A stretch of DNA of 63,399 nt, filler included, from Choristocarpus tenellus KU-1152 (taxonomy: Eukaryota > Protista > Phaeophyceae): NCBI GenBank assembly GCA_964200185.2. It is 12 parts of 12 records of this genome, joined end to end, with 100 filler letters (N's around TTAATTAATTAA, not from the genome) between each part and the next. Parts side by side here need not be neighbours in the genome. Positions count along the whole stretch, not along the records: positions 20,103 to 31,885 come from CAXNAD020002140.1; positions 31,986 to 34,858 come from CAXNAD020024034.1; positions 34,959 to 37,476 come from CAXNAD020027139.1; 9 more parts are not named here. One strand, 5' to 3'. The notes under the pieces are model-generated. The model worked only from the letters and a program-made list of their open reading frames with translations, was not told where the DNA came from and searched no databases. Each line of letters opens with the position of its first letter. Within the stretch, counting starts at the first letter, position 1. The translations under genes were made by a program, and so were the position numbers. Positions 23,868 through 36,290 of the stretch are shown here, piece by piece.

Positions 23868-25274
23868 AGTAGAAAGAAACTTGAGTAGAAAGTCCTGTAA
23901 CTGGTAACAACTAAGTTTAGTATCACTACTCCGATTGTTTGAGCATCTTACCGAATGCACGGCGTAGAAACAGACACTCAGCAAGGGAAGAAGGGTGAAA
24001 TATACCTCACATTGATCCTATGAATTGCGTAACATCGACTTTTGTTTTTTTTTGTCTGGTGTGTGCATGTCTTAGTAGGTTGAGTTGGTTTGTTCTTGTC
24101 ATGATTGGGGGGTGGTTCATCCTTCTGTGCTTGCAACAGTCTGTCAACGTTTTGGGCATACTGCACCATCGTCCCAATGGTGTATCGTCCTTTATGTAGC
24201 TCTCCCACTTATTTTGATAAAAATGTTGCGAAAAGCTCTACCTTGTAGTGTAGTGGTATATGCCACTACTTGCCTTTTCTCCCCTCATCCTGGTTGGGAC
24301 AAGTATGTCAGATTCCAATGCTGTTGCTGGGAATATTCCTTGTAATCCCACTGTAATTAAGATATTGTTGGGGACACATATTTAGTGACTACCTGACAGT
24401 TCTTCAATGTGCTGTGAGGTCACATCTAACCAAAGACAGTCTGTTAGATCTCCACCCCCAATCACCACACCATCCTATGAACAGTGCAACTTCACATCCC
24501 AGCACGGTGACTGAAGAGTGTATGGATCCGTTGATATAAAACTTTGAGCACTACTACTGCTCATGACTGTAGCACCTGGAGTAAGCAAGTTCATGTACTA
24601 TGTGTGCTGCACATTTTCCCCCTTAACTTTTCATGGTGTGAAATACAAACGCATTTATTATAATTGAGCAAATACTTCCTCCATTCGGCATCAGTTTGAA
24701 CAGTTTGCGGGGCAGGCTGTAAACACACAAGATGGTGTCGGCTTAATTTTTTTTGTGTGAGGGTCTTGGAAAAAACGCGTCATGAGATTTTCCTAAAATC
24801 TCAGCGAAGTGCAACTCAGTCTTAACTGTTCTACGCCGCCCACAGTGAAGCTGCGAGAAACGCCCTCCCAATGCGGTGTTCTTCTTCGTCCGAGCAAAAT
24901 GTTTAAATGGATGCTGAACAGAGGAAGTATGTGCAATAAGATCTGGATGTTCTTAGCTACGCCCTTTGCTTGGAGGGTCTTCATGAAATGTTTCTTCCCA
25001 CTGGTATAACGTGATGTAGAAGTGTTGGGTGTGCACCAACACAGCGGACCACAAATGAACCCAAAATTGAGAGGAGAACCGCACCAGCCTGGGCTGACCT
25101 TTTCGAGGAAATGTTGCGCCCAAGATCATTGTGGGATGAAATATATTTCAAAAATATACAGTCACGTTTTGAGTGGGAGGATCCTGAAGAGTATTCACTG
25201 ACATTGGCAGATGTAGTCGAGCATGACAGAGCACAGAGAGAGGAGGATACCTTCTCTTGAATGTGGAAATCTTA

Positions 25275-25451
25275 GGCTCAAAGTATCTGGGGGTGGGGTG
25301 GTGGTTGTCCATTCGGGGCCCATTTTTCCATGTCACGGTTCTTGGGTGATTTGGTTGCATGCGCAGGATGGATAATGTAAGTGTACTTCTCCTGGCCAGG
25401 ACCCGAATGGACACCCTGGTGTAGACCCCCCCCCCGTAGATACTTTGAGCC
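25275..25451 (+). mobile_element. MITE family B copy with perfect TIRs
   Basis: GGCTCAAAGTATCT...AGATACTTTGAGCC, 177 bp, no coding capacity. Confidence 0.9.
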
Positions 25452-25899
25452 TAAATTACCTCCTCCAGATTTGATTTATTTAGAGTTGAAAATTAGTTTG
25501 GTTTCCAGGGTGTGGTGTGGTAGGGATATCCTGTGCAAAAGCAATGGACCTTCCTCTTGCAACCTGAAGATGAGCTTAATCAAATTCATGAGAACACAAC
25601 GGTATCGAACTGTGTTTCGCGTTCTGTGACATACGGGTAGACGTTTCTTGGGGTCTGATGGAATATTCTTTTCTTTTTGAAAATTCTGAATTTGAGCATG
25701 TAGGTTGAGACATTGAGAGACCCAAAAGCAATTGAATTAGGGTCTTGAGGTGATGTAAAAGTTTTCAGTACTACTGGGATTGATAGTAAGTAGAGTGGGT
25801 CCATAGTTCATGCCTTAGTCTGTGTTTGGAATGAATGAGTTTGTCCCTGCAGATATCTGATGCACTCTTAAGATCAATGTGTTAACGTATGTCCAACTA

Positions 25900-28600
25900 C
25901 CATCATCACCTAGAGTATGCACTGACATTCTTTAAACAGTGCACATATTATATTAATCTGAAGTACTCCTCTGGGGTACTACATTGTGCAAGGCTCTACT
26001 ATGATGGGGTAACTCCACATTTTGGTCTATTGAATTAGGTGCAGGAGGGATGGCACAGCAGAGTACAGATTTTTAATTACTACTACTATTGTTTAGATTG
26101 CAGTGGTTCGCAGCAGCTGCTGTGAGCTGAGGTCCAGTTCTTGATTTCATTTGTTGGGAAGGTTTGAAACTCCGTTTTGTTCATTACTTTTGCAAGGTGA
26201 AGGGAGATTGTGGATGATGCCGTGTACATCAGCAGGGCTACCGAAAAAGATGTCTTGAAGAGTATACTCTATGCCATGTACTTGTCTCCTTTAGGGTATT
26301 TCGTAACAGAAGGAGATTGAATTTTATGGCGAAGCTCAAAAGGCAATACCTGTGCCCTTCCTGGTTGATGATAGTGGTGGAATGTGCAGGAGTACATCAT
26401 AGAGAAACCCGTAGTGCTTGTAGATACTCATCTTTTCTCAAGTTGGAATATCTGAGGTCAGCTTCTATTTACTGATTTACAAACGTCAAGAACAAAAAAA
26501 GTCAGCACTGGTTGTAGTATTAGAGGAATATGGCGGATTGTGTTATATTTACTCTAGCGAAAGGATCTACTACCTGGGTGACTTGCGCTGTCCTGAGACT
26601 ATCTGCATCTCTTGTTTAAGGGAGTCAGGTGTACTGCTAGAGCTCTGCTTGTGATGGTTTCACAACAGGTACTGCTACGAACGTGCTATTGGCAATAATA
26701 TAGCATTTTCATTATTTCTGACCTCGGCAGACCATTATCAATATGATGCTTCGCGAAAAGAGAAAAGGTGAGCACCAATTTGAATATTTTCCCAGGGGCT
26801 AGTCACACAATGCACAAATTAATCGTCGATTTGTGCTTTGAGCTGAACCAATTGAAAGGTAGGCAGGGTTGCAACTTAAAGGGTCCCGAGAAAGGGCAAA
26901 AATAAGTCAATTTGTATAATTTCAGAAAGAGTCTTTACTTCATTGTGGTCCACTTTGAGTACGGAGAGGGGGAACATCTGTTTTGTGTACGCACTATTTT
27001 GCACATAGAGAAATAAAATAGAGTGTATGGCACAGGGTAAGAAAGATAACTTAGAATGCAAAAGGGTCCAGACCTGTCTCCCTCTCTATTGGTTTGGCTC
27101 TTTTCTACCTCCTACAAAAATCAGAAGCGACTCGATGTTACGAATAACAGCCGATTTCAAAAAGGCGACATTAAAAAAAAAAACATATCGACACTTTATC
27201 CCAGTCAATTTTGGGTCAAGCCCATCCTCAATGAAAAGCTCCATCCTCAATTTTTGAAATCGGCTGTTGAATGATGGTAGGATGTTGAATAAAATAATGT
27301 AACTTCCTTACCTCTACTTACAACAACAAAGCAGTTTTATGCAAAGCGACATTTTGTAGATGCAGTGAAGGGGTGGGGAGGAGTTGAATTGCTTTCATTT
27401 TACCTACACACGGGTGGACTGCAATAATATGACTCTCAGGATAAACTTAGGTCAAACGTTGCAATTCTTCGATGACTACTTTACAATTGCACATTAAAAC
27501 CGCCTCGAAAAAGGTATTCTAAACACCTCTTGGCAGATATTTACATATAATAATGTGTGCGAGAATTCTATCCCATCAAACTTGTGCTTGCTATGTGCGT
27601 TTCGTACGCATCCACACAATAAGTAATATGTTATCGGGGCTGTTCTTATAGCGAATTATCCTTGTTGTGTAGTATCAGTCTCAGGTATCGGTCCAGCGTT
27701 GAGTAGCTCAAACAAGAAGAGCACTAGTTGTGCGGGTGCTTTTGAGTACTCTGGGGTCGTCTTACAGACACCGTGAGGGGTGGCTTTGTTGTTCGCGGTT
27801 GAATAAGTGGACTCAAAATGCCAGATTCTTGGCCATAGTGAGCGTAAGGTATTGGGCACACTTGAGTTTCAGGGAGCTTGCGGTTATTTGGTTTTAGTTG
27901 ATTGCGTTCAAGGGTGCATTATGATTAGTTCTTACCCTACAAGATTATTTGGATGACTCTGTGAGGAGGGACTACAAATATAAAGTAGTAGGGGTAAAGG
28001 AAAATACATGACGTTGGCACAGTTGGATTATGGAGTTACAGGCCTTCTGTTTCTGCCTACTCTTGTATCATGTGCCAGTGCTACCAGTAATAAGTTCCAC
28101 ATTGTAAAGACACACATACACCTCTTCTTTCTTCTCCTACTACTACAACAATATTATTACTACTACTATAAATATTCCTTAACTATGGCGAGTATTAAAA
28201 ATGGCATATTATTAGGCACATTGCACGCCAGTTAGAAGGAATAAAAAATGCATTATTATGGTTGGCTGAGGTGTGACCCCATGAGATAAGGCTGACAAAA
28301 CAAGGTTTTACACAATTAGAATGAGTAGAAGTACATGATGAAGCAAACCAGGCTTTCAAATGCCGCATGCATACATCGTCCGTCCTATCTGTGCTTCTGA
28401 GACCAACATCCATGTGTGATTGCACTTTTTGATTATCGTATATTAGCACCACGCTGTAGGTAAAACACCCACCTTCGTGTTTTGTGCCTCTTCTTCACGT
28501 AGTTGTTGAGTTGTTGACTGGCCACTTGTTTGCAACATGATAAGGGATGTTGTTTGGTCGTATGTGAGAACGCATCATGCATGTATTATTGTTCTATTAA
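25900..28600 (-). mobile_element. Degenerate Ty1/Copia retrotransposon (IN-RT-RH order)
   Basis: YSVVLIYDNQK..LKAWFA (integrase-like, 28340-28460), an RT-like block at 26858-27075 shared with 45230-45460 and 62450-62660, and VSTSTTGFSMMYS..RAQVLPLS (RNase H-like, 26330-26430). Boundaries are approximate. Confidence 0.55.
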
Positions 28601-29971
28601 TTTTTTTGGTACTAGCACAGTAATCAACGAGTAGAGTTCAATCAAATTATCAACTAATTAAATGTTTAACCAAACCATACCCCAAAAAGATCGGTCATTT
28701 AAGTATTACTAGTTTGGGCATCTTTTTTATGAATCAAGTAATCATTGTCACATGTATTTGACTGGCCATTGCTCGTTCCAATGTTTATATTATATGGCAA
28801 GTAGTGGTGATTTGAAATTTTAAACTAATGCAACAGGTCATGTATCTCCTTGGTTGTTGTTCTCTGTCTTCTCTTCTTGTATAATCTGTGTGTATGTATG
28901 GTACCTTCTTCTTCTACCCTCTTCAGTTTTGTGACATCTGAATATTCCGATTGATAAATAATGTCCATCTTTCTTTCTTCTTTGCTGTAGTAATCAATCC
29001 GACCCTCACTTAACCCCTGCATACAGTCAGATAATCTCCAACCTTTCTTGGGCAAAAAAAAGAAGTCGGTCTCACATGATACTATTATTATAGGAGATCG
29101 TCATGTTTCTGGTCATGGAGAAATAGGACAGAAAGAAAGTGGTACAAGTGTTACTACTGTTCCGGTAAGAAGGCAAAATTTGTTGCATGTAGGGGAGTCC
29201 CTCACCCCTTACAGCCTATCTATGCGACCTTTCCCCTCAGAACGATACACCCGCTACCCCGCTTAGCGCACCTTGTTTTGGGCGTTGACAGTCGAATAAA
29301 ATTTTCTTTTGATTGAATTTCTTCCCGCAGTAGTAGCACTGCCATTCACTGCTACTACAACAGGAGAGGTGTGGCACTAAAATTATTATGCAAACTGTTA
29401 GGAAAAACCAAAACCGAGACTACATTACATATTCAATACCAACACACATCGCTAATATATATTATGTATGGTAGAGAGGAGTATGGTAAAATAGAAAATA
29501 GTAAAACACATGAAAAAAGAAAAAGAGGTTTTGTGGGTGAGAGGATGGGGGGTGTTGGGTGTTGAGATATTCTCTATATTGTTATTGGGTGGTATATGGA
29601 TATTTCAGATTACTGAAGCCATTGATTGGCAGAGTATTGGACCGCGTGAATCGTCATCACGAAACCGAACAAATGCCGAAGATTAACCTGTTTTTACAAA
29701 CTGCGTTCCCTTCATATATCTCTAGTTGTATACAACTATATTCGAGCGCAATAAAAGGTTAAATGTCGTCAATAGATAATTGGTTTATGAGGTCATTGGG
29801 TGTACATTCACTACGGCCATGTTCATTTCTTGCGTCTGACGAGCTCGTGGTGTGTAAGCAACACCAGAAACAACCCCAGTAATCGATTGTTCTCCACGAG
29901 GTAACATCTCCACGTAAATCGACTCATCAGCACTCCAACAAAGCACCAACTTATTTCGTCTTTTGGAAAGA

Positions 29972-30681
29972 ATGTCTGCGACTAAGGGTGCAAAGATTTT
30001 CAAGACTAAGTGCTCTCAGTGCCACACTGTCGAGAAGGTGAGGTAACCCTATGCAGAAAGGGAGTAAGTGCACCCCTGTTCTGTTTCATGAGGGTGTACT
30101 TTTTCTTTTAGGATTACGGGGTTGCAAGTAGATGGTGTCCTTAGAAATGTCCATTTGATGATGCCGTAGAGGTCCGATGTTTTATTACCAATGTTTCATC
30201 TTGAAACAACGAGAACTTGGCTCTTCTCCTATGTTAAGCGGGACTGCATTTCGCTCGTGAGTATTCGCAGGCTATGCAATTCGCAAAGCTAATTATCTTG
30301 GAGAAATCTTTATGAGTGAACAAAAAATATACGGTTAGTGCTTTTATGGTTGTGTACAATTTGCTGACGTGATCTCGCCGCCTTGCAATTCTGTCCTCCT
30401 TTTTTGGCTGGTTATCCGCTTCTCGAGTCCAGGGTGGTGCACACAAGCAGGGGCCCAACCTCAATGGCCTCATTGGTCGCATGGCAGGGACCGGAGAAGG
30501 CTATTCGTATTCCACGGCAAACAAGACTTCCGGCGTTACTTGGGGGGAGGACACCCTCTTCGAATACCTTCTTGCCCCCAAGAAATACATCAAGGGCACC
30601 AAGATGGTCTTCGCAGGGTTGAAGAAGGCAGGAGACCGAAAGGATCTCATCGCCTACCTCAAGGAAGCAACCAGTTCTTAG
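29972..30681 (+). CDS. CYCS: Mitochondrial cytochrome c, 104 aa, 2 exons, complete
   Basis: Exon 1 is 29972-30037 ([22 protein letters not shown], with CxxCH). Exon 2 is 30433-30681 ([10 protein letters not shown]...[17 protein letters not shown]...). Phase-0 GT-AG intron. Confidence 0.98.
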
Positions 30682-31715
30682 ATAGTTGTAGAAAAGAATG
30701 TGCTTGAAGGGTGGGGGGATTGTCAGAGGTTGAAAAGCCAGTGCACGTCTGTAGGCTTGCCTTTCCTTTACATCAGGCGGAACTCATCTCCGGAATCGGA
30801 TATTCTCCCAGCGTGCTGCGGTGGGTGACCGGGATTGTACCACCTGCAGCTTGTGTGCTCTGTGAGGGAGCAACATTCCGAGTGGAGAATGTCTCTGCCT
30901 GTATGTTGTCGGAATGAGGTTCGACCTTGGTTCATGGAGGGTGGTTAATGTGATTTTGGTGGAGTGTTCATTCTCCATAATTGTTGTCCTGTAGCATGTA
31001 CATGGAGGCAAAGGTTACCTGATTTTCTTTAACAAGTGTTGAATCTCATAGTATGAGTGAGGTTATTGTGGTCCTGGTTGGGGCAGGAAATGGACACCTT
31101 GCCCAAATTGTTAAGGAATGTGTGCTGGAAGCTGGTAGTGTCGATTTATTGTTGTTCTTTCCAATTTTGCTAACTACTATGTAGTAATTGTTGAAGTTCC
31201 CAGGGTGCCCTGGAACAAAATTCACAAGATAATGATGTCATTGTATTGAACATGCACAGAGGGGGACCGCAGAAGGAATTTGAGGGAGATTTGGAGACAC
31301 CTATTTGGCAGTTGACAGAAAAATCCTTGCACTTACTGTGGTGGAAATTCCATCAAGGTCTACAAGTCAGACTCCATTTTTGTGCGTGTTCTGTTTGTGT
31401 CGTGTATGGGGGGGATTGTGGTTTGACTTCTCTACTGGTTTTCTCACTCGATATTTGATATGGCATTGATGCAGTGTTTGCCCACCAGGCAAACCCCACA
31501 TTGTAACATAACGCCTTCAAATGGTCCTGTGGCAAGCAACTCTTATTATTCTGTTTCTTGTTTACCCTCCCTAATAAACAAAGTTCTTAGTTCATGAAAG
31601 TAAGATTGTGTCTCTATTTGAGAAATATATGTAGAGGCAGAGACCTATTTTTTGTGTGAGTTGACCGTATGCTAATTAAATATACCCTAATCCTATATCT
31701 TCCTAAACTTGTAGA

Positions 31716-31885
31716 GGCTCAAAGTATCTGGGGGGGGGAGTGTCTACACCAGGGTGTTCATATGGGCCCTGATCAGGAGAAGTGAACTTACATTATCCAC
31801 CCAATGCATGCAACCAGATACCCAACAATCGCGACATGAAAAATGGGCCACAAATGGACAGCCGTCACCCCCCCCCCCCAGATAC
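31716..31885 (-). mobile_element. MITE family B copy truncated by the contig end
   Basis: Starts GGCTCAAAGTATCT; internal sequence is the reverse complement of 25275-25451. Confidence 0.85.
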
Positions 31886-31985
31886 NNNNNNNNNNNNNNN
31901 NNNNNNNNNNNNNNNNNNNNNNNNNNNNNTTAATTAATTAANNNNNNNNNNNNNNNNNNNNNNNNNNNNNNNNNNNNNNNNNNNN

Positions 31986-32700
31986 GGCAACAGGCGGTCT
32001 TGGGCAGTGAGAAGGTCTAGGAGTGAATTGAATTCGAAGCCGGGCGTACGATGTTTGAGTTTGAAGAGACCTGTCGGACCAAAATAAATCCGTGTTCTGG
32101 AAAACGCGTTTATTCTCGCTGTGATGAAAAAAAAAAAAGGGTCTAATCTGGCCTCAGGCAACAGTCGGGCTTGGGCATGATAGAATTGAATTCGAAGCCG
32201 GGTGTATGAACGGTGTTTGAGCTTCGGGCGATCCGTTGGACCACCCTGAGATCCATGATCCGGAAAATACGTGCAATATGGTTTTTAGAAATTAAAAATT
32301 CGATTATATCCATAATTTCAAGTTTTAAAAATACAAGGAACATGCTTAATTGATCTTGTACGTTTCCAATGTTCCGAACCAAAAGGTCACAAAAAACTGA
32401 CACCCTCTAATTGTTTTAAGTACAAAATCTTATATTGTTAAAAATACAAATGTCGACAAAAAGCGGTTTTTGAGTTTCAGGCGATCTGTCGGACCACCCG
32501 AAACCCTTGAACCGCAAAACACGTGCATTAGGGTTTTTATGAAATAAAAATAGTATTCTATTCTTAATATTAACAAATACAAATACAAACCACATCCTTC
32601 GTTGATCTAATACGTTTGAATTGTTCCGAAACGAAAAGGTCACAAAAACCTGATACTCTCTATCTGTTTTAAATATGAAATCGTTTACTGTTCGATATTC
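31986..32700. repeat. Array of 3 diverged long repeat units (~170-250 bp period)
   Basis: GGCAACAG..GAATTGAATTCGAAGCCGGG at 31986 and 32157. TTTGAG..GAT/CC(T)GTCGGACCA three times (~32055, ~32216, ~32469). TGTTCCGAA..AAAAGGTCACAAAAA.CTGA at ~32370 and ~32621. Confidence 0.8.
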
Positions 32701-32881
32701 ATATTTTTTAGAACACAATTATCAACAGAAAGACAAATCTGGGTTCTTTGGGCACCGACCGACCAGATGAAATAAAGCAGCACCTCCCAGCCCTCACTCC
32801 TCATTTACATTCCTTCCCTCCCGCACATACCACCAGCAGCTCTTTCTTATCTATCCCCGTCACACCTTCCCAATCTTCGCC

Positions 32882-34819
32882 ATGTCCAACATTCGCTCAA
32901 CAACGACCCCCCTACGCGCCGATGGCGCTGCCCACAGATCAAGAGCGTCGGACAGCAATGCCAAGGGCGTGTCCAAGCTCCTCGAACATCACTACCCCGG
33001 CACGTACAAGATGAAACTCGGCAACATCACATGCATGGAGATGGTGCGTCCCCCGAGCGAGTGTGGCCTTGCGTGTGTCAGCAAGTCCATCCGTGAAAAA
33101 GGCTGGCTCGAGCAGTTTGCTCCGTCCGTGATCAATAACAGTGTTGAAGAGAGAGTTTGATCATGAACGCGCTTTCATGATGCGGGTCTACATGGAGTTC
33201 AACCAACAGTGGGTGATGGAGTGTTGTCGTTGTTCCATGATCACCTGATGACTCTTCTGATCTACCAAGTTGTTGCCGTGTTTCCTTTGTTTGGTTCATC
33301 GTCAGTCAGCCCGTTGTTGATCTTTTTGTTGTTGATCTTTTCGTTGTTGATCTTTTTTATCCCTCGTGGTCTTTCTGTCAGCAGCAACATGTTGCTCACT
33401 ACTGCCTGCCGCGTGTGTCCCGTGACCGCTTCCCACCTACCCCTTGCCCCATTCGCCCACTGCACCGCCACACTTATAGCATTCAACAACGCGACCGAGA
33501 GTGAGGTTGAGTGCACGCTGTACGATTTTCAGCACGAGCTCGAAGAAGCTATCAAGCGACAGACGAAGAAAAAAGAAGTGTCCCTAGCAGAGATCCGCAA
33601 AATGTGCAAAAAGGTGGGGAGTTGTCAACGTTGGTGGGATGGTGGCGCTCTACTCCTCCTCTTGTTGGGTTACAGCTGTTGTGAAGATCTCTCTGTGTCC
33701 TCCTACTCAACCTAAGTTGAGATTGTTATCCCGCGTTTAGCAACCCCGTCAACCAATTTCTTGATTTTCGGGTGACCATGTAGTATGTGTGTGTGCAAAA
33801 TCAGAGACGAAGTGAACAGTTTTTTCTTTCAGCACTAGGTAGGCCAGGCCGCTGAGTATCATACCGCCTCCCCCCCCCCCTCCCCCGGGTAAGGTCCACT
33901 CCTTACCCTGACCGTTGCGGTGTTGCCTGAATTAATAAACACACGATGCGTCATTTTGTGAACCAAACCCTCTCCTTCCTGGGCAACCACATGCTGTGTC
34001 TGTGTTGTATACACACGACCAATAAAAGTGTTCTTGTTTGTTTTATCGTTAGGCCAGGCCACTGAATAACACCCCCCCCACACTCATACATACCCCGTTG
34101 GTGTGGTAATAATGATGCCTCATCCTGGTAGGCTGGGTGCATCATATTTTTCATTTTTTGCCCGTCGCGAAGGTGGGCGTTACTCCCCCACTGAAGACAA
34201 CTCTACGAAACTGGCAGCAAGGCGTAAAGTCCCTTCAACCAGAATCCTTCGAGGTACTGAAGGAAGTGTGTGAGACCTCATCACCACAGATCGACCGCAA
34301 CGCGGTCACACTGAGCTATCTGAGTTGCGAAGAGTTTGCCGGCTTCACTTCTCTTAAGCAGGGGCTATGCATCCGTCTGTTTGCGAGGCAAGTCAAACCG
34401 CCAACGTGTTTTATCGTTTAGACAGCAGTAAGCGACATGTGTGTCGGTCGCAGCACCTTGTACAGGAACGTTTGATAAGTGTCTCCTACGATGAAGACTG
34501 CAGTCGACCATTGCTGTATGGAACGACGAACCGTTCGTAGTACTGATCATCGTTGAACGTGCTCCCGGGTCTTACGGTAGTGCGTTCTCGTGGGTTCGAA
34601 GTGCGGGATTTGAACTCGGACTTGGCACCAATCACCACTAGAAAGCGCAAGTGTCCCTCTTCCCGCACGGGTGGAAAGGGGAAAGGTTGCAAGGTGCGGA
34701 GGGGCGCCGGTGATTCTGCGCCGGAAGACGAGCCGGAGTATGTCACCGACGCGGAGGAGGACGAGGAGGAAGAAGAGGAGGATGAAGAGGAGGATGAAGG
34801 GGATGACGAAGAGGAGTAA
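32882..34819 (+). pseudogene. Degenerate multi-exon gene with a ParB/Srx-like N-terminus and acidic tail
   Basis: Coding-like blocks at 32882-33208 (frameshifted near 33133), ~33463-33613, ~34131-34387 and 34553-34819. VRPPSECGLACVSKSIREKGWLEQFAPSV resembles the ParB N-terminal pattern R..L..SI.E.G.L.P..V. A paralogue lies on the next contig. Confidence 0.5.
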
Positions 34820-34984
34820 GAAGAGGATTGGGACGAGGGGCGGGGAGGAGGGGGGGTGNNNNNNNNNNNNNNNNNNNNNNNNNNNNNNNNNNNNNNNNNN
34901 NNTTAATTAATTAANNNNNNNNNNNNNNNNNNNNNNNNNNNNNNNNNNNNNNNNNNNNCCCCCCCCACACACACACACATACAT

Positions 34985-36290
34985 ACCGCGTTGGCGTGGT
35001 AACAACGATGCCTCATCCTCACTGGCTGGGTGCAAAATATTTTCCGTTTTCTGCCCATCGCGAAGGTGGGCGTTACTACTCCGGCGAAAACAACTCTACG
35101 AAACTGGCAGCAAGGCGTAAAGTCCCTTCAACCAGAGTCCTTCAAGGTACTGAAGGAAGTGTGTGAGACCTCGTCACCACAGATTGACCACAACGCAGTC
35201 ACACTAAACTATTTGATGAGCGAGGAGTTTGCCGGCTTCACTTCTCTCAAGCAGGGGCTATGCATCCACCTGCTTGCTAGGCAAGTCAAAACGCCATTGT
35301 GTTTTATCGTGTAGACAGCAGTGAGCCAAAGTATCTTAGAGGGTAAAGCCGCGTCCATTCGGGGGTCAAAATCCAATGTTGCAATTTCGATGTAATTTTT
35401 GCTATCGGGTTTGTTAGGAAGTGTCAATATCCTTGTTCCGGACACAAATTTTCATAACGTGTACATTTTACCTACTCCGAAATTATTTTGGAGTGAGAAA
35501 ATATCATCAAAAAAACGAGGGAAGCCAAGCCCCAAATGGATAAACAGGGCAAAACTCGTACCCTCTAAGATACTTTCACTCAGTAAGCGCAGTTTATGCA
35601 GGTCGCAGCACATTGCACAGGAGCGTGAAATAAGTGTCTCCTGCGATGACGAATGTAGTCGGCCATTGTTGTGTCAAATGAATATCCCTTCGTAGCATTC
35701 TGGTAATTCTACAGTGTGTGTTTCCTGTGTATGTGCGCTCTTGTCTTGTAGGAAGTACGACAATCGAGTAATGAATATTTGCTGCAGTGGCGACTCATTC
35801 CTCTTCATAACCTGCGCATCGTTCTCCATGACGTCCTTCGTGGCAATTCTATTTTAGCAGGTGCAAGTCATTCTAAGGGAAGGCTCCTACGGCGAGGGAC
35901 CATAAGGACATTGAATCGGACGCGAACATGTCTGAGATGGTTATCTCGCGCACCAGGCAGATTGTGCCCAAGGAAAAGTGGACACCAGAGCTCCAAAGGT
36001 CGGCAAATGGTGCAGTTGCAGCGGTTATCTTTTTTTTCCTTTTCCGTATCTCCTGTGCACCCATACGTCGCCATGCGCCCCTGAATTGTAAAATACACCG
36101 TCAGCGTCTCTTTCTGCACCGCGCTTATTGATTGTTGCAAAACCGCTCTGAATTCCGGACGTTACGTGAATGATGCACGGGCTGCCAGGGAAATGGACAG
36201 GCTCGCATACGAGAAGTGCAGTATGCACGACCTCTGGGTCAAGCCCCACTAAGAGGAGAGGAAGAGGGAGGTGGCCCAACTTCTGCAGAA
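34985..36290 (+). pseudogene. Second copy of the 32882-34819 gene family, with extra downstream exons
   Basis: 35030-35280 is closely similar to 34137-34387 (FLP.AKVGVT.P.KTTLRNWQQGVKSLQPESF.VLKEVCETSSPQID). Further exon-like blocks at ~35860-35998 and ~36120-36290 each contain an in-frame TAA. Confidence 0.55.
35323..35581 (+). mobile_element. MITE family A copy, TSD AGT, with the empty site visible at 34427-34429
   Basis: Filled site GACAGC-AGT-[GAGCCAAAGTATC...GATACTTTCACTC]-AGT-AAGCG; the paralogous empty site is GACAGC-AGT-AAGCG. Confidence 0.95.

Noticed and set aside
22132-30681. TOM22 and cytochrome c as a mitochondrial gene cluster
   Set aside because: Two genes 6 kb apart separated by a Copia relic. 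Chance is sufficient without synteny data.
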